A DNA stretch of 64,000 nt from the NCBI GenBank assembly GCA_016867715.1, contig VGIW01000001.1, forward strand, positions 14,141 through 78,140, in the 5' to 3' direction. This document shows, in pieces, positions 36,257 through 50,477 of the stretch. The stretch's first letter is position 1. Every line of letters starts with the position of its first letter. A program made the position numbers and the translations under genes. This DNA is from Candidatus Eiseniibacteriota bacterium. Its GTDB lineage: Bacteria; Orphanbacterota; Orphanbacteria; Orphanbacterales; Orphanbacteraceae. The notes below the pieces were generated by a model, which saw nothing but the letters and a program-made list of their open reading frames with translations, was not told the origin of the DNA and ran no database searches.

Positions 36257-39200
36257 ATGCGGCCGATCTTGGCGCTTCTTCTCGCCTCGGTCCTTGTCCG
36301 TCCGGCCCTTGGCGAAGGGAAGGCGCTTCTCAGCGAGAAGACCTACCGCCTCGGGTACGCGTCTGTTCTTCTCACTGGGGAAGATCGAGCCGGCCCGTAT
36401 CTCCTTCCGCACCGTCCGATCCTACTGGGATCGGAGACCGTTCTTCTTCATGGACGAACCATCGAACGTGAAACGGACTACTGGATCCGCTACGACCGGG
36501 GCGAGATCGTCTTCGCCGCGCCGCTCGTCGCGGGCGACGGGGCGGAGATCCGATACCGTCATCTCCCGCTCCCCCTTCCGTTGGAACGCTCCCTTCATCC
36601 CCTCCGCCTCGCGGAAGGAGAGGAGGAGACGGTCCTTGCCCCGCGCCCGCGCGCGGCGATGGCCGGACCCCTCGACACCGGCGCGCTCCGGGTCGGCGGG
36701 AGCAAGTCCTTCTCCGTTCTGATCGGTTCGGACCGCGCGCTCACGCTCGAGCAGGCGCTCCGTGTGAGCGTGACGGGGAACCTCGCGCCGGATGTTCGCG
36801 TCACCGCGCAACTCACTGACCAGAACCTCCCCTTTCAGGCGGAAGGGAGATCCGAACGGCTCGAGCAGCTCGATCAGGTCCTCGTGCGCGTCGAGTCGCC
36901 GCGCTTCGACGCGACGCTCGGCGACTACGAGATGCGCTTCGCGGAGACCGAGTTCGGCCGCTACGACCGGGCCCTGAAGGGGGCGCTCGGCCGGTGGAAG
37001 GGGAAGGGCTACGAGCTCGAGGGATCGGGCGGCCTTTCGAAGGGGACGTATCGATCGGTGGAAATCCGCGGGGTGGACGGGAAGCAGGGCCCCTACGCGC
37101 TCCTCGGCGTCTCCGCGCTCGGGCAGATCGTCGTCGCGGGGAGCGAGCAGGTTTGGGTCGACGGCGAAAAGGCGACGCGCGGCGACGGCAACGACTACGT
37201 GATCGACTACTCGGAGGGGGCGATCACGTTCAATCCGGCACGGAGGATCTCCTCCGACAGCCGCATCGCGGTCGATTTCCAGACGACGGGGGACGAGTAC
37301 CGCCGGAGCTTCGCCGCCGGCCGATTCCGCGTCGGGGGCGAGGGGGAGCGCTTCACGCTCGGCGGCGTGCTCCTCTCCGAGGGGGACGACGCGGACCAGC
37401 CCGAGGCGCTCGTTCTGGACGACGCGGACTACGACTCGCTTCGCGCCTCCGGCGATCGGAGGCCGCTCGGATCGACGGCGCGTTTCCTGGGAGCGGGGGG
37501 CGACTACGACACGACGGGCGGGGTCTTCGTCTACGCCGGACGGGATTCGGGGGACTTCGCGGTCTCCTTCCGGGAGGTCCCCGCCGGAGAAGGAACCTAC
37601 GTCGATTCGATCTCGGAAGTTTGGGGTCAAAGGATCTTCGTACACGTCGGCGAGGGGAAGGGAAACTACGAGCCGACCGTTCCGGTCCCGCTCCCTTCCT
37701 CCCACAAGCTCTTCGCGCTCGGCGGCGCGGCTTCTCCCATCCGCGGTTTCCGCCTCGCCGGAGAGGCGGCATGGAGCGATCTCGATCGAAACGTGCTCTC
37801 CCCGATCGACGACGAGGAGAACGCTGGGCGGGGGCTTCACCTCTCTCTCAGTTTGTCCGAGACGCTCCTTCGGCTGAAGGGGGCCGAGGTCGGTTCGCTC
37901 GATCTCGCGGGGAGTCGCCGGAGCGTGACGGAACACTTCGAGCCGCTCGGCCGCTACCGCGAGCCGCATCGGGACGGCCGATGGATGACCGCCGATCTCC
38001 GGCGCGCGATCGGTCCCGGAAGACAGGCGGACGACCGAATCGGAAGCGGCGAAGCCTTCGCCTCCCGGGGCGCGGAGACGACAACGCTGGCATCCGGAAT
38101 GTTCCGTCGAGGGACGCCGATCGGAAGGATGGCCTTCTCCGGTGAAGGGGGGGAACTCGACGCGGAGGGGTTCCTGTCGAAGCGCTGGTCCTGGAGCGGC
38201 GCGTTCGAGGATCCGAAACGATACCGCGCCGCGTACGGCGAGGAACGGATCGCGAGCGAAGAGGGCGATTCCCTTCAAGGAGAAACGATTCAGCGGAACA
38301 CGGAGGCGTCGGTTCGCCTGTCGATCGTTCGGCCGTCCATCCGCGTGACGCGCGCGCGCCGGACCTTCGATCGGGAAGGCTTGCCGTTTCGGGGGACGCG
38401 GGATCGGGACGAGCGAATCGGCCTCTCGGTCGCGCGCGGGACGCTCGAGGCGGAGGGCGCGGTGACGTTTGAAGAGAGGGACTACGTCGACTCCGCGACT
38501 TCTCTCTGGGAGCGATGGTACGAGGGGCGGACGGACGAGACGAGTCTCCGTTGGAGGGGGCCGGTCAGCGTCGGCGCCGAGTACGCGCACCGCACGCTCG
38601 TCTACGGCGAGACGGCGCCTGAGGGGAGTCGGGGAAGCGATCTCGGGAGGCTCGAGCTCCGTCACGGCGGCTTCGGCGGGATCGTCCAGGGGAGCTGGGA
38701 CTACCAGGTGACGGCCGAGGAGCGGAAGTCCCGTCGCCGGCTCCTTCTTCGAGCCCCCGCCGGGCAGGAGGCCGACTACGACAGCCTGGGCAATTACTTT
38801 CCAGGTGAAGGCACGTTCAACCAGGTGATCGTCGAGGGGGACGCGGAACCGGTGATCGATCTCGAGGTCGGCGCGACGATCCGGGTCGAGCCGGCGAGAA
38901 GGCGCGGAGGCGCCGGCGGCGGATGGTGGGAGGGTATCGGGTCGGAGACGTTCGTGCGCGTTCGGGAGCGGACGACGACCGGCGATCGGGCGGGGCTTCT
39001 CCTTCTTCGGCCCGGCGCCTTCCAGAGAAACGACGTCACGCTTCGGGGGAGCACCGTGCTTCGACAGGAGCTTCGCTGGACCGATCCGCGGTCGGAGGGG
39101 AATCTTCGCGTCCGGTTCCAGAGGGAAGACCGCGAGGAGAACGAGTACGCGAACTTGAACCGGGACGATCTCGTCCGCACGTGGCTCGTTCGGGGGAAGG

Positions 39201-39670
39201 CTCCTCTCGGGGAGCGCCTCGCCGGCGAGATCGAGTGGAGCCGCCGCCTGGAGGAGGAACGATCGAACGACGACCGTGCGGTCGATCTCACGGGGGACGA
39301 TTGGAAGGCGACGCTTCTCTTCGACCCGGCGCCGCGCCGCCGTTTCCAACTCCCCGTCGCTTACCAGAGCGAGCGGGAGGCGGTTCGGGGGGAATCCGTG
39401 AGGTCGGTGCGGATCGAGCCGGAGGCGGCTCTCAACCTCGCCTCGAGGAGCCGTCTCGACGCGGGGTTCGTATGGACCCGTTTCCTCGAGGAGGATTTGG
39501 ATCGCTCGGGTTCGTTTCTTCGCAATCGAAAAGAAGGGATCCGTTGGCGTCTCCAATTCGCATATGAGTGGAACACCGTCCTCTCCTCGACCGTCGCCTA
39601 CAGCGGGGAGAACTTGAAGGGCGAAGAGATCTCGCAGCAGTTCCGGGCCGAGATGAGGGCGTTCTTCTGA
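36257..39670 (+). CDS. Large (1137 aa) secreted hypothetical protein, predicted outer-membrane/beta-rich; TamB-like or TpsA-like partner candidate
   Basis: Signal peptide MRPILALLLASVLVRPALG. Gly/Arg/Asp-rich with no recognised catalytic motif. The C-terminus ...QQFRAEMRAFF ends in aromatic Phe, a beta-signal-like feature. Its stop overlaps the next gene start. Confidence 0.6.
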   Translation: MRPILALLLASVLVRPALGEGKALLSEKTYRLGYASVLLTGEDRAGPYLLPHRPILLGSETVLLHGRTIERETDYWIRYDRGEIVFAAPLVAGDGAEIRYRHLPLPLPLERSLHPLRLAEGEEETVLAPRPRAAMAGPLDTGALRVGGSKSFSVLIGSDRALTLEQALRVSVTGNLAPDVRVTAQLTDQNLPFQAEGRSERLEQLDQVLVRVESPRFDATLGDYEMRFAETEFGRYDRALKGALGRWKGKGYELEGSGGLSKGTYRSVEIRGVDGKQGPYALLGVSALGQIVVAGSEQVWVDGEKATRGDGNDYVIDYSEGAITFNPARRISSDSRIAVDFQTTGDEYRRSFAAGRFRVGGEGERFTLGGVLLSEGDDADQPEALVLDDADYDSLRASGDRRPLGSTARFLGAGGDYDTTGGVFVYAGRDSGDFAVSFREVPAGEGTYVDSISEVWGQRIFVHVGEGKGNYEPTVPVPLPSSHKLFALGGAASPIRGFRLAGEAAWSDLDRNVLSPIDDEENAGRGLHLSLSLSETLLRLKGAEVGSLDLAGSRRSVTEHFEPLGRYREPHRDGRWMTADLRRAIGPGRQADDRIGSGEAFASRGAETTTLASGMFRRGTPIGRMAFSGEGGELDAEGFLSKRWSWSGAFEDPKRYRAAYGEERIASEEGDSLQGETIQRNTEASVRLSIVRPSIRVTRARRTFDREGLPFRGTRDRDERIGLSVARGTLEAEGAVTFEERDYVDSATSLWERWYEGRTDETSLRWRGPVSVGAEYAHRTLVYGETAPEGSRGSDLGRLELRHGGFGGIVQGSWDYQVTAEERKSRRRLLLRAPAGQEADYDSLGNYFPGEGTFNQVIVEGDAEPVIDLEVGATIRVEPARRRGGAGGGWWEGIGSETFVRVRERTTTGDRAGLLLLRPGAFQRNDVTLRGSTVLRQELRWTDPRSEGNLRVRFQREDREENEYANLNRDDLVRTWLVRGKAPLGERLAGEIEWSRRLEEERSNDDRAVDLTGDDWKATLLFDPAPRRRFQLPVAYQSEREAVRGESVRSVRIEPEAALNLASRSRLDAGFVWTRFLEEDLDRSGSFLRNRKEGIRWRLQFAYEWNTVLSSTVAYSGENLKGEEISQQFRAEMRAFF

Positions 39671-41403
39671 TGCGCGCATGGTCGATCGCACTCTGGTGGC
39701 TTCTTTCCGCTTCGCTCGCTCTCGCGTCGGAGCGGCCGATCGAGTCGGTCGAGGTGCGGGGGGCGGGGGCGCTCTCCCGTTCCGAGATCGAGGCCGTTCT
39801 CGCCCTCCGGAAAGGGGAGATCTGGAACGCGGAGATGGAAGGGGCGGCGGCCGATCGGCTCCTCGCCGCGTACGCGGAGAGAGGACATCTCGACGCGGAG
39901 GCGCACATCCGGGTGGTCGAGGATGGAGAGGGGTTGCGTCTCACGGTCGATGTCCGCGAGGGGCCTCGGGTTCCGATCGCGAGCGTCGACGTTCGAGGGG
40001 CGGAGGTATTCGAGAAGGAAGAAATCGAGGGACGCCTCGACACGCGGCCGGGCCGAACGCTTGAGGTATCGAAGCTTGAGGCGGATATCGATCGGCTCCT
40101 CCGAGCCTATGCGAGAGCGGGTCATCCCTTCGCGCGTGTGCTCCTCGGCGAGATCGGGCGGGAGGACGAGGGCGGTCTCGATGTCGCCTTGCGCGTCGTG
40201 GAGGGTCCTTTTCTCATCCTCGGCGACCTCCGCGCGCGGGGAAACGAAAAGACGAAGAGCCGGACGATCCGAAGGCTGACCGGCCTTCGCTTCGGCGATC
40301 CGTACGACCAGGACGCGGTCGACGCCTCCCGCGCGAGGCTCCTTCGCAGCGGTCTCTTTCGAACGGTCTCCGAGCCGTCGGCGCGGATCGATTGGAAGAA
40401 GAAGGAAGCGGTGGTCGAGATCGAGGTGGAGGAGGCGCGCGCGAACCGAATCGCCGGGGCGATCGGATACGCCCCGGGACCGCAGGGGGAGGAGGGGATT
40501 ATCAGCGGTCTCGTTGATGTCGAGTTCCGCAACATCCTCGGCACGGCGCGGAAGGGGGGAGCGCGTTGGGAGCGGCCCTCGCGCGAGACGCGGCTGGTCC
40601 GTCTCTTTTATCGGGAGCCGTGGCTTTTCGGGAGTCCGTTCGCCGTCGGAGGCGATCTCGCGCAGGACATCCGGGATTCGACGTACGCGCGCATCTCGGG
40701 CGGGCTTTCGGCGGATGTCGATCTCTCGCGCCGCGTCTCGGCGTCCTTCTCGGTCGGGGTCGAGACGATGCGGCCCCGCCGCGATTCGAGCCCGATCCCG
40801 CGAAGCACGAGAAGGCGAGGCGGCGTGGGGATCGTCTTCGAGGGACGGGATCTCCCCTTGAACCCGACACGCGGGGTCTTTCTTCGCGTCGGCTCCGAAT
40901 ACGGGGAAAAGAAGATCGAGGAGGAGCCGGAGCGCGGGATCCCGGGGGAACAGGCGCGGCAGGCGACTTTCGACTGGGGGATCGGCCTCTACCGGGGGCT
41001 CGGGCCGCGAACGGTGATCGCCTGGGAGTCGTTCGGGATTGGACGGTTCAGCAATGAAATGTATGTCCCCGCGTACGATCAGTTCTATCTGGGGGGCGCG
41101 CGCACGCTCCGAGGCTACGAGGAAGATCAGTTCCGCGGGGCGCGGGTCGCGTGGACGCGTCTCGAATACCGGTATCTCCTCGGGGCCCTTTCGCGCGTCT
41201 TTCTCTTCGCGGACGGGGGGTACGTGTTCGCGGGGCGGATGGAGGAGGAGAGGTCGGTCTCTTCGGAGACGACGAAGATCGGGTACGGGTTCGGGATCCG
41301 AGTCGATTCGCCGATCGGTCTTCTCGGGGTGGACTACGGGCTTGGGGAAGGGGATCGTCCCGGCGAGGGGAAGATCCACGTGAGCGCGGAGGGGGATTTC
41401 TAG
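39670..41403 (+). CDS. tamA: Omp85-family outer-membrane protein, TamA-like (3 POTRA + D15 barrel)
   Basis: 577 aa. The ATG start overlaps the previous stop (TGATG). Signal peptide. POTRA-like repeats (ESVEVRGAGALSRSEIEAVLALRKGEIWN...). C-terminal surface-antigen barrel ending ...GKIHVSAEGDF. Confidence 0.75.
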   Translation: MRAWSIALWWLLSASLALASERPIESVEVRGAGALSRSEIEAVLALRKGEIWNAEMEGAAADRLLAAYAERGHLDAEAHIRVVEDGEGLRLTVDVREGPRVPIASVDVRGAEVFEKEEIEGRLDTRPGRTLEVSKLEADIDRLLRAYARAGHPFARVLLGEIGREDEGGLDVALRVVEGPFLILGDLRARGNEKTKSRTIRRLTGLRFGDPYDQDAVDASRARLLRSGLFRTVSEPSARIDWKKKEAVVEIEVEEARANRIAGAIGYAPGPQGEEGIISGLVDVEFRNILGTARKGGARWERPSRETRLVRLFYREPWLFGSPFAVGGDLAQDIRDSTYARISGGLSADVDLSRRVSASFSVGVETMRPRRDSSPIPRSTRRRGGVGIVFEGRDLPLNPTRGVFLRVGSEYGEKKIEEEPERGIPGEQARQATFDWGIGLYRGLGPRTVIAWESFGIGRFSNEMYVPAYDQFYLGGARTLRGYEEDQFRGARVAWTRLEYRYLLGALSRVFLFADGGYVFAGRMEEERSVSSETTKIGYGFGIRVDSPIGLLGVDYGLGEGDRPGEGKIHVSAEGDF

Positions 41404-41408
41404 GTGTG

Positions 41409-41557
41409 CGGACGCCTGCCGCCGCCACCCGCGCGTGGTTGGGTTGTCGGACGGCGGGTCCTGTCGGCGGCTGTCCGCTCGATGCTCGCCAGTCGCCCTT
41501 TCGGGCTTGGTGGCTGCGCTTCTCGCGGACGCCTGCCGCCGCCACCCGCCGTGGTGG
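41409..41557 (+). repeat. GC-rich ~117-bp repeat, copy B (terminal direct repeats at 41409-41440 and 41526-41557 flanking the core)
   Basis: gcggacgcctgccgccgccacccgcgcgtggt ... core ... gcggacgcctgccgccgccacccgccgtggt. The core is about 97% identical to 852-953. Confidence 0.65.
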
Positions 41558-41798
41558 CGTCGTCGGACGGCGGGGTACCACACAAGCAGGTCTGTCTTCC
41601 TCCGGAGACGGGGGGCGGGGCAGAGCGGCGAGTTGCCGCGCGCTTCGCGCGGCATGTTTGAGCAAGCGAGCCCCGCCCCTCGGCTCCGGAGGGGTTTCGT
41701 TCGAGACGCATTTCTGGAAACGATGTCGACCGGGCCGGGCGGAGAGGAACGGAGCGTGATCGAGGGGCGGGCGATCGAGAGATGGGAGGTAATGTGTC

Positions 41799-42332
41799 GT
41801 GGTTACGGTGAGAGAGGTTCGCGAGGGGGATCGGGAATGGGTCGCGAGGTTTCTCGCGGAGGAGTGGGGCTCGTCCGTGATCGTCACGCGCGGGAAGATC
41901 CATCGGGGAGAAGCTCTGCCTGGGTTTGTCGCGGAGAGCGAGAGGAAGAGGATCGGGTTGATTACGTATCGCATCGATTCGGGAGAGTGCGAGGTGATCT
42001 CGCTGAACAGCCTGCAGGAGAGAGCCGGAGTGGGGAGCAGGCTTCTTCTCGCGGTGGAGAACGAGGCGTTGCGGGCCGGGTGCGCGCGGTTCTTTCTCAT
42101 CACGACGAACGACAACTTCCCGGCGATCCGGTTTTACAAGAGACGCGGTTTCTTCGTGCGAGCCGTCCGACGGGACGCTGTCGAACTCTCGCGGCGCCTG
42201 AAGCCGTCGATCCCGCGCATCGGGTTCTGCGGCCTTCCACTCCGCCACGAGGTCGAGATGGAGCTTCCTCTCGTTCGTTCGGGAAGGGACTCGGGGAAGA
42301 ACCTCGTTTTCCGCGCGGGCCCCATCGGCTAA
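41799..42332 (+). CDS. GNAT-family N-acetyltransferase
   Basis: GTG start. ...EVISLNSLQERAGVGSRLLLAVENEALRAGCARFFLITTNDNFPAIRFYKRRGFF, a GNAT motif A/B pattern. Confidence 0.7.
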   Translation: MVTVREVREGDREWVARFLAEEWGSSVIVTRGKIHRGEALPGFVAESERKRIGLITYRIDSGECEVISLNSLQERAGVGSRLLLAVENEALRAGCARFFLITTNDNFPAIRFYKRRGFFVRAVRRDAVELSRRLKPSIPRIGFCGLPLRHEVEMELPLVRSGRDSGKNLVFRAGPIG

Positions 42333-45928
<3,596 letters not shown>

Positions 45929-45931
45929 AGC

Positions 45932-47599
45932 ATGAGCGGAATGGAGACGGTCCGAGCGCCGCGCGGCCAGAGCCTCGCCTGCCGGGGATGGGTGCAGGAA
46001 GCCGCGTACCGAATGATCCAGAACAACCTCGACCCGGAGGTCGCCGAGAAGCCGGAAGAGCTGATCGTCTACGGCGGCTCCGGAAAGGCGGCCCGGAGCC
46101 CGGAGGCGTTTCGCGCGATCCTGCGCGAGCTTCGGCGCCTCGAAAACGACGAGACCCTTCTCGTGCAGTCGGGGAAGCCGGTCGGCGTCATTCGCACGAG
46201 CGCGGACGCGCCTCGCGTCCTTCTCGCGAACTCGCTTCTCGTTCCCGCCTGGGCGACCTGGGAGAAGTTCCGCGAGCTCGAGCGGATGGGCCTCATCATG
46301 TACGGACAGATGACGGCCGGATCCTGGATCTACATCGGGACGCAAGGGATCATCCAGGGGACCTACGAGACGCTCGCCGAGCTCGCGAGACGGCATTTCG
46401 GAGGGAGCCTCGCGGGGAGGATCGTGCTCACCGGAGGTCTCGGCGGGATGGGCGGCGCGCAGCCGCTCGCCGTCACGATGAACGGCGGCGTCTGCCTCGC
46501 GGTCGAGGTGGATCCGGCCCGGATCGAAAGGCGCGTCGAGAAGGGCTTCTGCGACGAACAGGTCGACGATCTCGACGAGGCGCTTCGCCGCGCCGAGTTG
46601 TATCGAAAGAAGAAGGAGGCGCGCTCGATCGCGCTCCTCGCGAACTCAGCGGATGCCGTTCCGGAGATCGCGAGGCGCGGTTTCGCGCCGGATGTCGTCA
46701 CCGATCAGACGTCCGCGCACGATCTCCTGAACGGATACGTGCCGAACGGCATGACGCTCGCCGAGGCGACCCTGCTTCGCGCGAAGAACCCGGACGAGCA
46801 CGTCGCGCGCGCCGGACGCGCGGTCGCCGCGCACGTCGAGGGGATGCTCGCTCTCCGGAAGGCCGGCGCGGTCGTCTTCGACTACGGGAACAACATCCGC
46901 GCGCAGGCCGAGGCGTACGGCGTGAAGAACGCGTTCGATTTCCCCGGGTTCGTGCCGGCGTACATCCGTCCGCTCTTCTGCGTCGGGAAAGGTCCCTTCC
47001 GCTGGGCCGCGCTTTCGGGAGATCCGGCCGACATTCGGCGCACCGACGCGCTCGTTCTCGAGACGTTCCCCGAGAACGAGTCGCTCGCGCGCTGGATCCG
47101 GATGGCGGCGGAGCGGATCGCGTTTCAAGGGCTCCCCGCGCGAATCTGCTGGCTCGGTTACGGAGAGCGCGCGCTTCTCGGCGACAAGATCAACCATCTG
47201 GTCCGGAAGGGGGAGATCCGCGCGCCGGTCGTGATCGGACGGGATCATCTCGATTGCGGATCGGTCGCCTCGCCGTATCGCGAGACGGAAGGTATGAAGG
47301 ACGGCTCCGACGCGATCGCGGACTGGCCGATCCTGAACGCGCTCTTGAACGCGGCGTGCGGCGCCTCGTGGGTCTCGGTGCATCACGGAGGCGGGGTCGG
47401 CATCGGTTACTCGATCCACGCGGGGGTGGTGATCGTCGCCGACGGGAGCGAACGGGCGGAACGCGCGCTCGCGCGGGTCCTCACGTGCGATCCGGGCACC
47501 GGCGTTCTCCGCCACGCCGACGCCGGCTACGAGGAAGCGATCCGCTTCGCCGGCGAGAAGGGGATCCGCATCCCGATGCGGGAGGAGGTGAAACCGTGA
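45932..47599 (+). CDS. hutU: Urocanate hydratase
   Basis: 555 aa. ...[12 protein letters not shown]...[18 protein letters not shown]...[13 protein letters not shown].... Confidence 0.9.
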   Translation: MSGMETVRAPRGQSLACRGWVQEAAYRMIQNNLDPEVAEKPEELIVYGGSGKAARSPEAFRAILRELRRLENDETLLVQSGKPVGVIRTSADAPRVLLANSLLVPAWATWEKFRELERMGLIMYGQMTAGSWIYIGTQGIIQGTYETLAELARRHFGGSLAGRIVLTGGLGGMGGAQPLAVTMNGGVCLAVEVDPARIERRVEKGFCDEQVDDLDEALRRAELYRKKKEARSIALLANSADAVPEIARRGFAPDVVTDQTSAHDLLNGYVPNGMTLAEATLLRAKNPDEHVARAGRAVAAHVEGMLALRKAGAVVFDYGNNIRAQAEAYGVKNAFDFPGFVPAYIRPLFCVGKGPFRWAALSGDPADIRRTDALVLETFPENESLARWIRMAAERIAFQGLPARICWLGYGERALLGDKINHLVRKGEIRAPVVIGRDHLDCGSVASPYRETEGMKDGSDAIADWPILNALLNAACGASWVSVHHGGGVGIGYSIHAGVVIVADGSERAERALARVLTCDPGTGVLRHADAGYEEAIRFAGEKGIRIPMREEVKP

Positions 47600-48888
47600 A
47601 GGAGCGCTGCGAGCTTCTCATTCGGAACATCGCCTGTCTCGTGACGGCGGCGGGCGGAAAGCCGGGACCGCTTTCGAACCCGGCGTGGGGCGATCTCGGG
47701 ATCGTCGAGAACGGAGCGATCGCGATCCGCCGCGGGAAGTTCGTCGCGGTGGGAACGACGGCGGACGTCGAGAGCCGCGTCTCGATCACGCCGAAGACGA
47801 AGACGCTTTCCGGCCGCGGGCGGCTCGTGCTCCCCGGTTTCATCGATCCGCACACGCACTTCCTCTTCGTGGGGACGCGCGAGGACGAGTACGCGATGCG
47901 CGTGGAGGGGGTGGACTATCTCGAGATCCGCCGAAGGGGAGGAGGGATCCGGAAGACGGTGCGCGCCTTCCGCGCGGCAAGTGACGAGGAGCTTCTCGAC
48001 GCGGGCCGAAGGCGTCTCGATTCGTTCCTCGCGTACGGAACCACGACGGTGGAGGGGAAGAGCGGGTACGGGCTCACGACGGATCAGGAGATTCGCGCGC
48101 TTCGATTGATGGCGCAGCTGAACGAAGCGCACCCGATCGAGATCGTGCCGACGTTTCTCGGGGCGCACGAGATCCCCGAGGAGTACGAAGGGCGGACCCG
48201 GGACTACGTCCGGCTCGTCATCGACGAGATGATTCCCCGCGCCCGCGGTCTCGCGCGCTTCTGCGACGTCTTCTGCGAGAAGGGGGTCTTCGAGATCGAG
48301 GAGTCGCGCGCGATCCTCGAGGCGGGGAAGCGGCACGGGCTTCTTCCCAAGCTGCATGCCGAGGAGTTCGTCTCGATCGGCGGAGGCGAGCTCGCGGCGG
48401 AGGTCGGAGCGGTCTCGGCGGATCATCTCCTCGCGGTCACGGAAGAGGGATGCGCCCAGATGGCGAGAAGCGGAACGATCGCGATCCTTCTCCCCGGAAC
48501 CGCGATCGGGCTCGCGAAGAGAGCCTTCGCCGACGTGGAGCGGATGCGAAGGAACGCGCTTCCGATCGCGCTCGCCACCGACTGCAATCCCGGAAGCTCG
48601 TTCACCGAGTCGATGAGCGTGGTCCTCTCGCTCGCCTGCTCGCTCGAGGGGCTCACGCTCCCCGAGGCGATCCTCGGGGCGACGCGAAACGCCGCCGCCG
48701 CGCTCGGCCTTCTCGATTCGATCGGGACGATCGAGGCCGGAAAGAAAGCGGACTGCATTCTTCTTCGCGCGACGCACCCCGCGGCGATCCCGTACCGCTT
48801 CGGAACGAACCTCGTCGAGACGGTCGTGAAGAACGGGCTCCCGATCCGCCGCCGCCGCCGCCCGAACCTCGTCGGACCGACCGTGTAG
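47596..48888 (+). CDS. hutI: Imidazolonepropionase
   Basis: The GTG start overlaps the hutU stop (GTGA). ...[13 protein letters not shown]...EGKSGYGLT...KLHAEEF...[12 protein letters not shown] 45988-48888 is an artifactual extension. Confidence 0.88.
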   Translation: MKERCELLIRNIACLVTAAGGKPGPLSNPAWGDLGIVENGAIAIRRGKFVAVGTTADVESRVSITPKTKTLSGRGRLVLPGFIDPHTHFLFVGTREDEYAMRVEGVDYLEIRRRGGGIRKTVRAFRAASDEELLDAGRRRLDSFLAYGTTTVEGKSGYGLTTDQEIRALRLMAQLNEAHPIEIVPTFLGAHEIPEEYEGRTRDYVRLVIDEMIPRARGLARFCDVFCEKGVFEIEESRAILEAGKRHGLLPKLHAEEFVSIGGGELAAEVGAVSADHLLAVTEEGCAQMARSGTIAILLPGTAIGLAKRAFADVERMRRNALPIALATDCNPGSSFTESMSVVLSLACSLEGLTLPEAILGATRNAAAALGLLDSIGTIEAGKKADCILLRATHPAAIPYRFGTNLVETVVKNGLPIRRRRRPNLVGPTV

Positions 48889-48970
48889 CTCGGATCCCGC
48901 GCGCGTCCTGGCGACGGAAACGCGTGCAGGATCCGAGCGAGAGCCTCCTCGCTCGCTTTCGATTTCTTCC
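48888..48970 (+). terminator. Tandem hairpins / candidate intrinsic terminator after hutI
   Basis: GCTCGGATCC...GGATCCGAGC (10-bp arms, 48888-48938), then GAGCGAG-agcctc-CTCGCTC followed by the T-rich gctttcgatttcttcc. Confidence 0.45.
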
Positions 48971-49118
48971 GCACATTCGTCTTTCCTGTCCCATCGGTCG
49001 GCCCGCGAGGCGACGTGCGGTCAAGGAAAGGCCGGGACGGCCGAAACTCGTTCTAGACAAGGAGAAACAAGGGGGCGGCCGCCCTCCTCTGGATCGGTCC
49101 ACCCGGCGGGAGAGACCC

Positions 49119-50477
49119 TTGGCGTCGAATTCCGAGATTCTCAAGAAGGCGAGGGATTGCGAGAGGAGGGGGGACTTCGACGGCGCGGCGTACGAGTACC
49201 GGAAGCTGGCCGAATCGGACCCGTGCCCACCGATCGCCTGCAACCTTCTCGGCGATCTCTACCATCGCAAGGGGGAGCCGGACGACGCATACGGATGGTA
49301 CCAGAAGGCGGTCGACCGCTACTCGCAGGAAGGTCTCTTCGGGAACGCGATCGGCGTCTGCCGCAAGATGCTCCGCCAGTATCCCCACCGGATCCATGCG
49401 ATCGAGCAGCTCGGCGCTCTCTTCTTCTCTCAAGGTCTCGCGCGCGAGGCGGTCAAGCACTACATGGTCTACGCTGCTCGGACGGCGGAGATCGGCGACG
49501 CGGAGGCGGTTCTCCGCACGGGCGGGCGCGTCCGCGAGATCCTGGCCGGCGACCCGGAGGTCCGCGAGCGGCTCGGCGAGATCTTCCTTGCCCTCTCGCT
49601 TCCGGACGAGGGAATGGTCGATCTTCGGGCCGCGTTGCAAGGCTATCGGGACGCGGGAAGAATTGCGGACGGGGACCGGATCGCGACCCGGCTTCACGAG
49701 CTCGAGAGGAGCGAACGCACCGATCCCCTTTCCCTTCTGAACGAAGGGGAGGCGCACGCACCCCTCGATCTCGTTCCTCCGTGCGCGCCGTCCGCTTTCC
49801 CTCCCGCCGGTGAGGAAGCCTTCGAGAGCCTCGACCACAGCCGGGCCGAGCCGGCCCCGCGGCCGATCGGCCGGGAGGTCCTGCCGCGCTCCTCCTCTCT
49901 GCGGGAGGGAAGGCCCGTCCGCGACGAGGCTCTCCGGCCGGTCGCGCCGCGCCCTCCGGTTTCCGAAGACGAGGTCGAGCTTCTCCCCCTCGAACGCGCG
50001 CGGCCCGCCCCCGAGCCGGATATGGGGCCCTTCGCGGCGCCCGCTCCCCGCGACGCGGACTTCGTGCCGGTCGAGGAGATCCTCCGCGAGTTCCAGAACG
50101 GCGTCAGCAAGATCATCGGGAAGGAGGACTACCAGTCCCATTACGACATGGGGATGTCCTACAAGGAGATGGGGCTTCTCGAGGAGGCGCTCGCCGAGTT
50201 CGAGAAATCCGCCGCCTCGCCGGAGCTTCGCTCCTCCTCGGACGAGATGCGCGCCGCGGTCCTTCTCGATCTCGGGCGCTACGAGGAATGCGTACGCCTG
50301 CTCGAGGGTCTTCTCCCTCTGGAGACGGAGGAGGGCCTCGGGATTCGCTTTCTTCGCGGCCTCGCCTATGAGAGACTAGGAAACGAGGATCGCGCGCTTC
50401 GCGAGTTCCGCCTCGTCGAGGAGCGGGATCCCGAGTTCCGCGATGTGCGCGCGAGGATCGCGCGCATGTCGGCTTAG
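49119..50477 (+). CDS. TPR-repeat protein
   Basis: The TTG start is inferred, with gggagag upstream. The N- and C-terminal TPR-like helices are separated by a Pro/Ala-rich linker. Confidence 0.55.
   Translation: MASNSEILKKARDCERRGDFDGAAYEYRKLAESDPCPPIACNLLGDLYHRKGEPDDAYGWYQKAVDRYSQEGLFGNAIGVCRKMLRQYPHRIHAIEQLGALFFSQGLAREAVKHYMVYAARTAEIGDAEAVLRTGGRVREILAGDPEVRERLGEIFLALSLPDEGMVDLRAALQGYRDAGRIADGDRIATRLHELERSERTDPLSLLNEGEAHAPLDLVPPCAPSAFPPAGEEAFESLDHSRAEPAPRPIGREVLPRSSSLREGRPVRDEALRPVAPRPPVSEDEVELLPLERARPAPEPDMGPFAAPAPRDADFVPVEEILREFQNGVSKIIGKEDYQSHYDMGMSYKEMGLLEEALAEFEKSAASPELRSSSDEMRAAVLLDLGRYEECVRLLEGLLPLETEEGLGIRFLRGLAYERLGNEDRALREFRLVEERDPEFRDVRARIARMSA

Noticed and set aside
36422-39691. 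1089-aa minus-strand ORF
   Set aside because: It is antisense to the 1137-aa OMP gene. It is Arg/Pro/Gly-rich with no domain signatures. The sense strand carries a coherent signal-peptide protein.
45988-47595. N-terminal extension of the hutI ORF (966-aa ORF)
   Set aside because: It overlaps hutU entirely in another frame. The HutI homology starts at [11 protein letters not shown] (GTG 47596).
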